From Setoptus koraiensis (taxonomy: Eukaryota; Animalia; Arthropoda), in assembly GCA_048013815.1 (NCBI GenBank), contig CM106585.1, positions 20,212,001-20,276,000 of the forward strand: a DNA stretch of 64,000 bases. The letters run 5' to 3'. Shown here piece by piece: positions 1-12,614 of the stretch. The position numbers and the translations under genes were made by a program. The stretch's first letter is position 1, and each line of letters opens with the position of its first letter. Below the pieces are notes generated by a model. The model worked only from the letters and a program-made list of their open reading frames with translations, was not told the DNA's origin and searched no databases.

Positions 1-21
1 TCTCATGCCCACCTTTTCTGG

Positions 22-82
22 TGCTCACCTGTTCTCGCGCTCACCTGTTCTCGTGCTCACCTGTTCTGGCGCTCACCTGTTC
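22..82. repeat. 16-bp tandem repeat (GCTCACCTGTTCTCGY-like), 4 copies
   Basis: CACCTG recurs at 26, 42, 58 and 74, an exact 16-bp period. Confidence 0.9.
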
Positions 83-2502
83 GTGCGACCCACAATCAGT
101 TGTCGCTGTACTGTTTGTCTGTCATTTGGTCGTTTGTTTGTGTGTCATTGGGCCCGCAGTTGAAATTGAATTGAAACCGAGCTCGCGCTATGAAAACTGA
201 CCGCAGTGCCACTATAATGATTACACTAATGGTGAGCCGGCAGCGGCAATGACGCCCACAACGACAACAACAACACCAACAACACCGACAGCGAAAACAG
301 CAACAACAACGACAACAACAACAACAACAACAACAACAACAGCGACATCGACAGCGAGCGGCTCTGTTTCGGGGGGGGGGCACGCTCCCTGTCGGCAGAT
401 TATTGAATTGTCCGTGGGCCCCTTCATGATATGCGGTCCATATTGGCAGCACAACAAACTCGAGAGAGAGATTGCGCTCGTGTGCCGGCCACGCGCTCGC
501 GGCTGCTCGACGTGGCCGGCACACGAGCGATAGAGCAATATAGCGACCAAAATAGAAAAATGGGGCCCCAGACGGATATTTATGAGCTGCTGGCTGTTTC
601 CATTGTTGCTGTTGTTGCAACTCTGGCCAATTTACTGCTGCGCACATACTTGATAACCGGCCAACAATGGCCGGCCCGTATGGCCCCGGTGGCCCGTCCC
701 GAGCACGGTGCTACCTCGCTGTTGGACTGAATCCAAGATAAACGCACCTCAACAGAAGCCTCAAAGCGCCATGAGCGCAATATAGCGGCTGCTTAACACA
801 CCAGAACACCAGAACACCCAAACACAAAAAGTACAAAAATACGACTGCGGCCGGCGCATGGATTCAGCCGTCCGTGGGCCGCTATAACCGTTATAACCGA
901 CCGTTAAATGGTCGCTGCGTAACCTGGCGGTGGGGCCCAAAACACTTTTGGCAAGACTGGCTGTGAGCGGCACAACGAGCGACCCCGGCGGCCATTGTAG
1001 CATCATGCTATCAAGATAGTAATTGCCATCAGCCACGTACAATGTTTACACGGGCGGCCGGAGCGGTTTCGTTTTCATCATTTATCTGGGCATCTCTAGC
1101 CCAGATAAATTTGTATCTAGACTCTGCGGGTCATAGATACAAATCTGCACCTAGCGGCCATTTTGACACGTCGGCGCCATTGTGTTATCATTATTATTAT
1201 TATTATTATTACATAACGGTGTATATTTATATTTTGTATATACTCTCAGAGTATTACTCTGCTCAACGGCATCTGTCGTATAATGGACTCCAAATCCTAT
1301 TGTGCACAATGCGCACAGTCTGTATCCTGTGCATCAGCATCTACATGTCTGTATATCACACAATGCACGATGTGCTGCTCGCCGGCGCGCACATGGTGCA
1401 ACTGTGCTTGCGCCGCGAGCCTCGCGGGGCCCCAGCGGCCACTGCACTGGTAAGTTGCCAGTGGTAACTGTAGTTACCACCGGCCACCAGTTAGTAACTA
1501 GTGGTCAGTTACTGGAGTTAGTGGCCGATCCGCTGTAATAACGGGCAGTTGTGACAGAGAATCGGTGCGATATGGCAACACGATGATAATGATGATGGCA
1601 CGCCAAACTTGACAATAATTGTGTTTCGCATGCTAGATGGCGCACTGGCCGGTTGTAGTTTTTGGTCGGGCTCTGACCAAAAAACTGACCAGTGGGTGCG
1701 GACGCAAATATCCCAAGAGCACCCGATACAATTTGTATCATACAAGTGCGCCTAGGGTCGTTCGCGAGTCGCGACCTGGTGCGATAATTGCCAGCACACT
1801 GGCTGCTGCCACTGCGCGCATTGTGTCGGGGGCTCTGTATCGCTCAATGCGACGCTCTAACAAAGTGTGAGGCCCCCTCAACTTGAGACTGTCCACGCCG
1901 AGAGTGAGAGCGAGAGAGCAAAATTGGATCGGCGAATAAATTAGCATTCGCATCGAGCCGTCATCTGAGTGATTTGCGGGCGGGCGGAGCCGGTCGCCAG
2001 TTTGCGGGCGCAAGCCCGCGGAGATTCAACGATCCAGCCCGCGGAGATGGAGATTCAATGATACAATTTGGCGATGATGGCGCGACGATGGCGCGATGAG
2101 CCCGCATGAGGGGCCCGTCATGTGATCGTCATGGCATGAGCATGAGCATGCAATAATGATATTGTTACACTTAATCGCTACACACTTTTAACGCCGACCA
2201 CTGACTAACGACCCAATCACTGTCGCCCCAAACAGGATTCCAATGGGACGCGGCCGCACGTGTACACATATACAAATATAAACTGGCGCACGGGATATTT
2301 GAGGCGGGCAATTTGTTTGCAAGTGGCAGCAGCGTTGCCTCGTTGTAATTGCCGCCGGGCCGCAACTAATAATAATATTATTACATAACGGGAGAGCTTG
2401 CTGGCCACCATCGCCGGTGTTGTTATTACACGATTATGCCATATGCTGGCGTGTTTATCTTGACTGCAAACGACAAGTGGTTACCTAAGCAGTGACCCAG
2501 GC

Positions 2503-2615
2503 AACAACCGCAACAACCGCACACAACCGCAACAACCGCACACAACAACCGCATACAACAACCGCATACAACAACGCCGACGACCGCACAAAACAGCGGC
2601 AACAACCGCGCACAA
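2503..2615. repeat. Degenerate ACAACCGC(A) minisatellite
   Basis: AACCGCA at 2506, 2515, 2525, 2534, 2547 and 2560; GACCGCA at 2582. Confidence 0.8.
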
Positions 2616-3289
2616 CGACGCCAACAACAAGAGAAATAGCTTAACAAATCAATTAACGCAAGCAAACAAAAAGGAGCGCTGCAACCGCCGCCGCTTGTTC
2701 ATATTAATGAGTGCCAGCGGCCCCTTAATTGGCCGCCACTGTTACGCAATAGCAACGCCGGCAGCAGCAGCAGCAGCAAACATACGAAAGTGGAACACAC
2801 ATACAGTTGCATTATGTGTAATTCATCATAGAATGCATATATAAACTATATAACGTCAAGCGGACAGAGAGAGCAGCAGCAGCAAAGAAAGAGGAAGCGC
2901 CGCGTATTAATAAGTTGTATCAATAAGAGTTGTCGGGGGCCCATTTTCATCATCGCTTTTGGGGCCGCGCCATCATGATAATAGTGGCTCGCTGGCAACT
3001 GTAATAGCGCCTAGTTGTGTGAATAGCATATCATATTTAGGGTATTTACTGGGTCACTATGGTTTTAGTGGCCGAAGTGACGCCTCAGCGAACCCTCTGG
3101 CCCACTCTGTCGAGCTCACTGCGGCAGCTCTGTGACTGTTTGTAGCCGACTGTTGTTGGCAACAATCGGCAAGCAAAAACAACAACAACAGCAACAACAA
3201 CAACAACACAATAGTGCACGCGTTTACACGGCAACCGCCACCGTCACCGTCGTCGTCATCGTCATCATCACAGTCGAAACTCAACAATT

Positions 3290-4159
3290 ATGCTCAATAA
3301 TACATTGAATTGCCAGATAGACAACAACAGCATCAACAGCAGCGACCACAACAGCAACAGCACCAACCACAACAGCACCAACAACCACAACAGCAACAGC
3401 ACCAACCACAACAACAACATCAACAACAACCACAACAACAAAAACAACAACAGCCCCGGCGGCAGCAGAGACAAGCCAACAAGCGACAAAGATAAAAACA
3501 AGTGCAAAGACAACAACAATACAAACCTGCCACGAGCCACCACCACGACTAACGGCGCTGGGGCACCTGGCGACACAGTGAATAAAACAGATAAGGGCTC
3601 GCTCGCGAGCGCCACAGTGAGCGCCGGCTCGGCCATCAACAACATCAGTGCACAATTCAGTGGCCCGCCAGAGAGCTCGTTGCAACGACAACAACAACAA
3701 CAACAGCAACACCGACAACAGCAACAGCAACAACAACAGCAACAAAAACAACAACTACAACTACAAATAAACAAAACAACGCCGGACAACAACAGCTCGC
3801 GGTTGACAGTGGTCGTCGACGAGCCAGCGGCCAGCAGCACACACGGCGCCCAGGTGACCTCTGGCTGGAGCTTGTTGGGCCAGGTAGACCAAGATCAGAC
3901 TCGTGGCAGCGAATGGACACAGCGGGCAGCGCATCATCAGTTTAGTTTATTGGGGCCCGCCGAATCGTCGCTGGTTGTGGGGCCCGGCGCAACCAACAGC
4001 AACAAACAAGACAAGACTAGGTACGGCGACACAAATGGCGCTAAGACTGCCGTGAATAGCCAGCCCACTCCTGTCCACAACAGCAGCAACATCAACAACA
4101 ACGACAACAACAACAACAACAACATCAACAACAGCAACAGCAGCAACACCGACAACAGC

Positions 4160-4194
<35 letters not shown>

Positions 4195-7100
4195 AAACAA
4201 CAAAAACAACAACTACAACAACAACGATAACTACAACAACAACTACAACAGCGGCGCCGATAAGAGACAATTTGTTGCGTCGTCGGCCATACCGAGTTTC
4301 AGCATAGACATAGACAGTAATATATCGTCGCCATCGTTGCACAGCGACCTATGCCAAGTGAATGCGGTGCACCAGCAGCAACAGCAAAACCCGCACTGGT
4401 CATGCGATACCAGTAACACCAGGCAACCAGCGACACATCTTGCGACAACTGTGGGCGCCGGATGCGCCAACAGCCATCCAGCTAATCCCGTCGGCCTGAG
4501 CAGCGTCGGCCCGAACAGCGTCGGCCCGAAAAATACCGGCCCGAACAATATCGGCAATATAGCGGCGCTCGGGCACGCCCCAAACAAGCAGCAGCCTCAA
4601 GCGGCGACCAATATCCAACAGCTCGCGCCAGGCCCCAAGGGTCGCGTCGTATCGGCGGGCAGCGTTGGCGCCCCAGAAATTGTGACGGGCGGCCCGCCGC
4701 AAACTCACACAGCAGTCCTAGCGGCCAATAACAGTGTTAAAAATAATACAATTTTAAATAAATCAGTAGCAGCAACAGCAGCAGCAGCAGCACCGTACAG
4801 CAAATCAACGACAAACAGCTCGCTTGCGAACAACAACCCCAGCGCCCCCAACAAGAAGCCAAGCGGCCAATTGCAGGGCTGCGGGCCGCCGGCGGTCAGC
4901 TCGGCCAACACACTATCCATTTATATCAATGGTAACTATCGGTCCAATTCGATTTTTTGCAACCGTCAGGCGCCCTCGGCCAACAGTCAATCGCCGTTCA
5001 ATTCCACCACTCAGTTTATATCGTCGCTGGTCAACAATCCAAGCCGGACTATATCGTCCACCTTGCAGATAGCCAGAAACAGCAGCAACAGCAGCGCCAA
5101 CAGCAGCAAAAAGTGCCCCAAGACCAAGACAAACTCTAATGAGACCAGCAACACCAGTGACACCACCAGGCGACGCTCCACAATTGGTTCGCGCTTTAAA
5201 TCGAGCAAAATATTGCGCAATTTTAGTATTCGGGCAGGAAAATTTACTCAGCGACAACAGCAGCAGAATTGTGATGACGACGACTGTCAATTAGACCAGT
5301 CACAAGCCAACAGAACGCCATTGTCTCAGGAATCCAAGACACCCTTTTTGAGTGCCTCTACATGCTGTTCGCCGGCCGGCGATCATTCGCACCAGCAGCA
5401 GCATCAGCAGATAAATGATGACGAGCTGGACGACGAGAACGACGACGACGATCATAATCAGTCAGCAACGAGAGATAAAGACCACGAAGACACAAGTCAG
5501 CTCATCAAAAATAAACAACAACAAAGCAAACAATTGGCCGCCATCAAGGTGAGGTGCCAGCAAACGGACAACAGCACATACACGTTGCAAAGTTGTTGTG
5601 GTGATAATGATATAACTAGTCAGTATAATAATAACGAAAACAATAACAATAATAATAATAAGGATAAAATTAATTCAAATGCCACATCGCCCTATGACGA
5701 GCGCCAAGACCACGAAGACGACGATCAGTCGGACGACGATAACCAAAACGCAGCCAATCAACAACCACATCAAACTTACAAATTGAATCCCTCATCTATG
5801 TTCTTACGCAAAGCTATGCGTTATTATAGAGTATGGATCTATTGCACTAATTTGGCTATATTGTTAGGTACTATTATATTTATATTGGCCACTATTTACG
5901 TATTCTCAGATTATCGCATCAATTTAATAGTAAACAACAACGAGTCGCCGCCAGCTGACACTAACAGCAATTACAATTACATAAACAATTTTACAAAGTG
6001 GCCTCGGCTCACTTATAATTACAACGCAACAACAATAGACATCCAAACTAGTGGTGGCAGCGGCAGAAGTGCTGGCCACTACGTCGATTACAACAAGCAA
6101 CGCCATTTACCTTTTGCATTTCCAACAAACAACGTTAACCAAAATCACACCACCGCCGGTACAGAGAAAAATTCCATCGAGGCCAGTGTGGATATAAGCT
6201 ACTACGAGCCGAGCTTCATTTACGCTTACATAGCCATCACGATTCAGGCGGGACTCCTACAGGTAAGCGACACACGACTGACCCCCCCAAAAACAGATAA
6301 TACCCGTTCGAAATCGTCTACTGACCCACTGATCCATTCTGCCAGATTCGCTCTGATTTTATCTCGTATTCTCTGTCTCTGTCTCGCTACACTAATCCGT
6401 CTCGTGCTTTGTCTCACAGTCGCTCGGCTGCTTTGGGGCCATTCGCATGAAAGAGAAACTACTGCTCACATTCTGGTATCTCATACTGGCTCTCATGGTT
6501 GGCGATCTCTGCATCGGCCTCCATTGGCTATATCGATACGATATTATCACTCACGAACTGCGCCAACATCTCACCAATAGGCTCCGTTTCAATTATGGCC
6601 TAAACGTCAAATTGTCCAATTACAATCCAGTATTCGATCCAGGTCACTCATCGTCGGCCGGCATGATGATGAGCGACTCGGCGCAAAACACACAAAACAC
6701 ATTTGAGGCCAAATCAATACTAGCATTCGATGATCAAGATTATACATTAGCGGCATCGCAACCGGAAGTAGCAACGGCGTCAAAAAATCAACCAGAAAAC
6801 AGCTACGCCGAGCAGCAATTTTTGTTGCTGGATTCCATAATGATCGAGCTAATAGACAAAACTTTCACTGTAAGTAACTCAACACATTCTCACAATTCTT
6901 GTTAGTTTTAGTCTCGCCGGGACACAAACTTTTCTGTCCAAGTTTTTTTTTTCAATCGAGAAAACGGAGATATTTTCAAACTGAATTCAGATTTTTTTCA
7001 AGTGAATTTTTCACACTGTGAGTGGATTCATGAATGATTGTGTTCATCGAACCCGAGAGAGATTCCTCGTGTGCCAACGAACCTGATGAAAGACTTGTCG

Positions 7101-10100
7101 ATCGGGGTTTACGGAACCGGAAGTCATTTTCAGATTTTTCGTATCTTCACGAATCATGTCGAAATTCGTTTTTTTCTTCCAGTTTCGCGTCTCGTTCTTT
7201 CGGTTTTGTTTCAGAAAATTTACTCTAAACTTGGAACGAACGCTTTAGAAATCGCATTTTATTCAACAATTTGCTTCTTTCTGACTCAGAAATTCTGAGA
7301 CGAAGTGCCACTGACACAGCGCGCCTCTGCTTCTTGACGTGAAATTATTTTCTTAAACTTTGTTATCGCAGAACGATTTTCTTTGTCCGTTGCGAAATCA
7401 ATCAAACAAGTTGAATGATTCCAAGTGAAAGTTTCCAACTGCCGTAGTGATCGGGCACGCTAACTCATGGGGTTTTCGGCCCCCTTCAGAAGAAATAAAA
7501 TAATAAAGATATAGAAATAAAAAAATAAAGCCAAGGCCGATTTCGACCCAGTTACGGCTTGCATGGCTTGCAATTGGCCCATCGGAATTTCGATCTCTGT
7601 AGCCCTGTCTCACTAGTGTGGCGACACCTGTTCACTGATATAACCAATATAAATGACTAACCTATTACCATTACCTATATGTATTTGCATTTATTTTGTT
7701 TGTTGTTGACACATTCAGAACATTATGGATAGGATACAGAGGGAGTCGCACTGTTGCGGAATCTCCGGCCCATTCGACTACCACGATAGTGTCTGGTATA
7801 GACAGATTCAACATTACAATTACGTAACTAACAGCAGCAGCAGCAGCAGCAGCAAACAAACAGAAATGAGTGATAGCAACAATGATACGACCAGCCAACA
7901 ACGACAATTACATTTACATGATAACGTGCCAATTGTACCTGCAAGCTGTTGTCGAGTGGCCAATGTGGCGCCAATCAATCATGCAAGTGCCCACACGAGT
8001 AAATCAGCACACAATTACAACAGCAACAACAATAACGGTAACCCGTTGAGAGAGAGCGACATTAGTCTTAAATCGGCCTATATGAATTTAGTGAACGGTC
8101 ATCAGCCGTACGCCACAAAAATAGATTATAGGCAACAACAAATGCAGTTTCTGAATGCCTATTCGGACAATTCGGAGCACGCCGTGGAACAGCGTGGGCC
8201 AGCGCCCAACGATTCGGAGCGTCCAATCAGTGATACAGACAGCGATATTGTCGATGGTTTGGCCTCATCGGCGTTGCCGGCCTCCGCAACTCAGCGCCAA
8301 TATGCAAATAATGTCGCCGAGCAATCCTTGTTGGCCAGCAATAGTTACGCGCCACAACTAATGCCACAACAACAACAACAAGATGGCGACCTCGATCAGC
8401 CGATGGCCGTCAACAGCTACGAAGATTCGGCCCGATACGGAGAGCAGCATTCGGCGGCGGAAGACACTTCGGAATTGCACTTTGTCGAGACACTAGACAA
8501 TTCAGACGACAACAATAATAATGTTAATTTGTTTCCGCAAACAGAACAGGGGCACGATGCGCTCAAGTTGAGCGGGCCCCTGTCGCTGCGCCGAAAACAA
8601 CTGGAGAGCCACCGAAAATACAAGAGGCACCACGAGGCGGCGGCCGAAAATGGTCCCGACGACGACCACAATGACGACAATGATAAGTCCGACGGCAATG
8701 ATAACTTTGACAACGACAACGATAATTCCGACAACGACCAGGCCGGCCCGGCCGCGAGGAGGTGCGCCGCTGTAGAAGACGCGGCCTCGCTTCAAGTGGC
8801 GGCCCGCTGCAGCGACGAGCCCGGCCCGAGAGAGGGCGCGCACCGGCCGTCGGCGGGCGGCCTGTTCAACGGAAGCGCCTTCTATTGGCCCAACCAGTAT
8901 CAGCTGAACCTGAGACAGTATCAATTGCTCACCTATTACGATCGCCAAATGGAGAGGAAATCGGCGGCGAAGAGGCGAAAACGACGGGGCCACAACCGAC
9001 GACGGGCGAACAACGGGCACGAGGCAGCAAGAGAAGAGGCAGCGTCGGCGCAGAAATTGGGGCCCGGGCGGAAGTTGCGATTGGCGCGGTACGCGCCGGA
9101 CAGCAAGCAAGCGGTGGCGGCCGTTAGTCGGCAGCAGCAACAGCCGGCCGCCATTGTGACCCTGCGACTGCAGCCACCTCAGCGGCAACCACAACAACCA
9201 CAACCACATCAGCAACAACAGCAGCAACAACAGCAGCAACAGCAGCAACCACAGCAACCGCGCCAAAGACAGCGGGCCGGCCCGACCGACCGCACGGTGG
9301 ACGTTTGCCTGCCGAGAAGCTACACGGACAAACAGTCCATTTACGTGCGCGGCTGCCACAGGCACATTCAGGCCTGGCTAACGACTTCCGCTAATATTAT
9401 GCTAATTACGGGCTTTTGTGTGCTGACATTCTTGAAATTGTGCTCGGTGTGTTTGTTGCGCTACGAGATACACGAGATGATAAGAAAAATCAAAGTGCTC
9501 AAAGGCATGGCCACCGAATACAATGCCCTACACGATCTAGAGGCCTACCTACCCCGTCCCTCGATTTGTGCTCAAGCGGCCGAGCTGACGCCCAGCGGCG
9601 TTGCGCCGGCCGGTTCCGGTGGCGCGGTTGGCGCGGGCGGCCCGTGCCCAACAGTGCCGACAGGCTCAACAGGCATGGGTGCGGCTCAACAGACCGGCAC
9701 CGGTGGTCCGTGCGGCGCCGTGCCCACATCGTCGGGTCTTGCCACCCTGGGCAGTTCCACTTCGAGCTGCGCCACCAAGGCCATGGCGGCGCTGTTGTCG
9801 CCGACGGTGCACCAACAGCAGCAACAGCAACCATTTATGTCGCGCAACCATTATTCATCCACCTCAAATTCGCACCATTCGTCGGGGGCGCCCTTTTTGC
9901 CGCCCTATCACAATTACCCAATGTCCAACATGATATCTAGGCGTCACACCGCGGTGTCGGTGTGCCCGTCGGTGGCGAGTGCCGCCGCCGCTGCAGCAGC
10001 CAATCACTTTATGTCGCGCCGGGGCACCTTCGTGAATCCCATGTCGGCCCTGCAATCGCATCCGCTGTTGGGCAGCGGCAGCAGCGCCGGCGGCGCCGGC

Positions 10101-10676
10101 CACGCCTGCTGCTCCGTTCTGGCCGGAGCGGCCGGTCAGTCGGCCGCGACCCTCCATCACGCTCATCATCATCATCATCAGCAGCATTCTTCGTCGTGTT
10201 CGTCGCAACAACACATCAACCATTTGGCGGACGGCGCGGGCCTGTGCGGCGGAAACTCCGTGGGCGTGGGCGGCGGCGGCGGCGGTCTGGGCGCAAGTAG
10301 CAGCAGCAGCATATTGTACAACAGTGCCACCAGGCTGACAAACAGCCATCAGACGCTGCTGCTGAATGCCAGCGGTCAATTGCACAACCCGGCCGCGCCA
10401 ACGCCCCCGCTGACAACAACCTCGACACAATTGGCTTGTGCCCGAGCTAGATCGTCTTCGCAATTGTTAGTTCCGTCTACGGCCGCGTCCATAATTGTCA
10501 ATCACTTTCAAGCGCAACTGCAGCACCACAAACAGAAGCATACGCTGTCGCAAACCACAATTGACCACCGCCAGACCAGTGCAAACAACAAATCATCGCA
10601 ACGTGCCTCAACCACAAGCCAACAACCGCCGAAGGACAGCAGCGCCATTGGTCAGCAGCATGATCAAATCAACTGA
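3290..10676 (+). CDS. Giant tetraspanin-family protein, 3 exons: 3290-6262, 6420-6869, 7719-10676 (about 2,126 aa; start uncertain)
   Basis: Phase-0 junctions CAG|GTAAGC (6262), CACAG|TCG (6420), ACT|GTAAGT (6869) and TTCAG|AAC (7719) join three ORFs in frame. TM1 is VWIYCTNLAILLGTIIFILATIYVF; TM2/TM3 span FIYAYIAITIQAGLLQ-SLGCFGAIR..LLLTFWYLILALMVGDLCIGLHW. The tetraspanin CCG motif is at 7752-7760, PASCC at 7938-7952 and YVRGC at about 9343-9356, followed by TM4 IMLITGFCVLTFLKLCSVCLL. Confidence 0.85.
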
Positions 10677-12556
10677 CTCGCTCGGTCAGTCACATTAAAC
10701 ACTGATTACAATGTACAATACAATTACAACGGACTGACCAGGTCGGATAATGAATAAATAAATGAAAAGGACCATTTATTGACGTGAACTGATTGTCACA
10801 ATTGTTGTTTATTCGCTCGTTTTGGCGTTTCATGGCTCTGCGGTTCGACTGTCGCCGTTGCAGTTTGACAGCCCGAATCTAACGGTCACTGTCCAGCCCG
10901 GCGACTACCGGCGAGCCGGACGGCCGGCCGATTGAGCCAATCGAGCCAATTGAGCCGATGCCAGCTATTTAGGTGACGCAATCAATCCAGCCTAAGCGTT
11001 TGCCAAGTCGCGCTCGCTAAGTCGTTAGACGTGTCGCTTGTTACGAGCGCGCTCAGTGGCCCCCTCGCCTGTCTGTCATTTCATCAATCACTGCCAATGA
11101 CTCGAATTGGACTCGAATCTGGCTGTGTGAGTGGATGGCGCATTGCGTTGGGTTCGCTGGCTAGGTTAATTGGAGGTTGGCTGCGATTGTGTTAGCAAAC
11201 TTTGCCAAGCAAAGGAAACGGGGCGAGCAGAGACAGCTTTTATCCGTTCGCTGTTGGAGTGAGTTGGCCGTTTGAGTGAGCTCGCTGTGTGTATGCATGT
11301 GTGTCACGACTAATACGTAACGACTAAGATAAAGGGATAAAACGAGTGACGGGGGAGCCTTCGTTTGCACACAATGCAACAGAGCGATGTGTGCTTCGGA
11401 GGATCGAAATTTCTAGGCGATATGTTGTTTTAGTTAAACGCTAAGGCTGTTTTGTTACTGTTGCACCATTTAAAAATGTACCCATTCATTCGTGTGTATG
11501 CATAAGAACATTAATTAGGAATGCCTCGCCTGTGTCTTGGCACACACAAAACGAGTTGAGACGGCATCTATTTCGAATGGCGACAGAGAGGGAGATGGCA
11601 GCGTCGCCAGCCAGCCAGTCAGCCATTTGCGATTTCAATATCAAGCGAAGTGACTGACTAAATAGTAATCCTTGCTTGTTATCCAAATGATAAAAAATGT
11701 ACGCCACATGGGTGTACGTATAATAATATGATATATATGTGACACATGAGTCGAGTATGAGAGGAATATTTTCAAGTATTTGCCATGACAAGCCATGTAC
11801 GCAGCAAACACGCTAGAGATTGGCGCTAATGTAATAGCTGCGAATTGGAGCTCGATGGGGTGGGGATCCGAGCGAGGGCATAGAGGCGCCAGCGGCGCCG
11901 GAATGAGTCACTGATAATGGAGGCCATCGTTCATCTCGCTGAGGCTGTTATGATGTCGTTTAGCTGTTAGCTCGTATCAAATTATTATTATTATTGCTTG
12001 TAATGCTGCTTGTTTTTTAATTATCATCATTCATCATAACAAATTCGTGCGACTTCTCGATAGTTAGCAAACGGAGTGAATTGGTAGACTCAAATAGTAA
12101 CAACTGCAACAAAGATACAGATCAGCAAACGAAAGTGACTGAACAGAGCACAGTCGGCAACAATTAAAAGCAATCAATAATCCATAGTTCACCAGTTCAG
12201 TAAAATCAGCCAATTTGCATATTCGTTCGCCAAGAAAATAGTAAGAAGAAATAAGTAAGTAATTCAATAATTGTCATTGTTGTCGCTGGCAGTGCTGTTG
12301 TCGTCAAATAATGCAGGAGCAGCGCGAGCGGGCAAAGGCAAAATAATAAGAATAAGAAGAAACAATGAGTTCAATTGAAGACGAAAGACAAGCAACAAGA
12401 AAGAAGAACGTCGCCAATCGGATCAGCAACGGCTCAAGCAATGGCTCACTTCCGGCGGCGCCCGCCGTTTTCGCGCGCGCGCGCGCCCCCATTTGCCGGC
12501 GGTGCGGCCGGGCAATGAGTGGCCGTCGCCGGCGAACAGTGGCGGCGGTGGTTTAG

Positions 12557-12614
12557 CGCGTCCATCGCGTTTATCGCGTTCATCGCGTTCATCGCGACTA
12601 TTGCGTTTATCGGA
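12557..12614. repeat. 9-bp tandem repeat (ATCGCGTTY-like), about 5-6 degenerate copies
   Basis: Sequence reads catcgcgtttatcgcgttcatcgcgttcatcgcgactattgcgtttatcgg. Confidence 0.7.

Noticed and set aside
96-4342. Many poly-Val/Leu/Cys/Thr ORFs (e.g. 96-647, 221-550, 249-533, 3268-3840, 3281-3754, 3937-4342)
   Set aside because: They are shadow or antisense frames of CAA/ACA repeats, which lack stop codons; no domain content.
8417-10463. Overlapping GC-rich ORFs, mostly antisense, up to 287 aa, within tetraspanin exon 3
   Set aside because: Expected shadows of GC-rich low-complexity coding DNA; no motifs.
6447-10676. ORFs 3290-6580, 6447-6905 and 7725-10676 as three separate genes
   Set aside because: Phase-matched GT-AG junctions join them into a single tetraspanin with TM1-TM4 in order.
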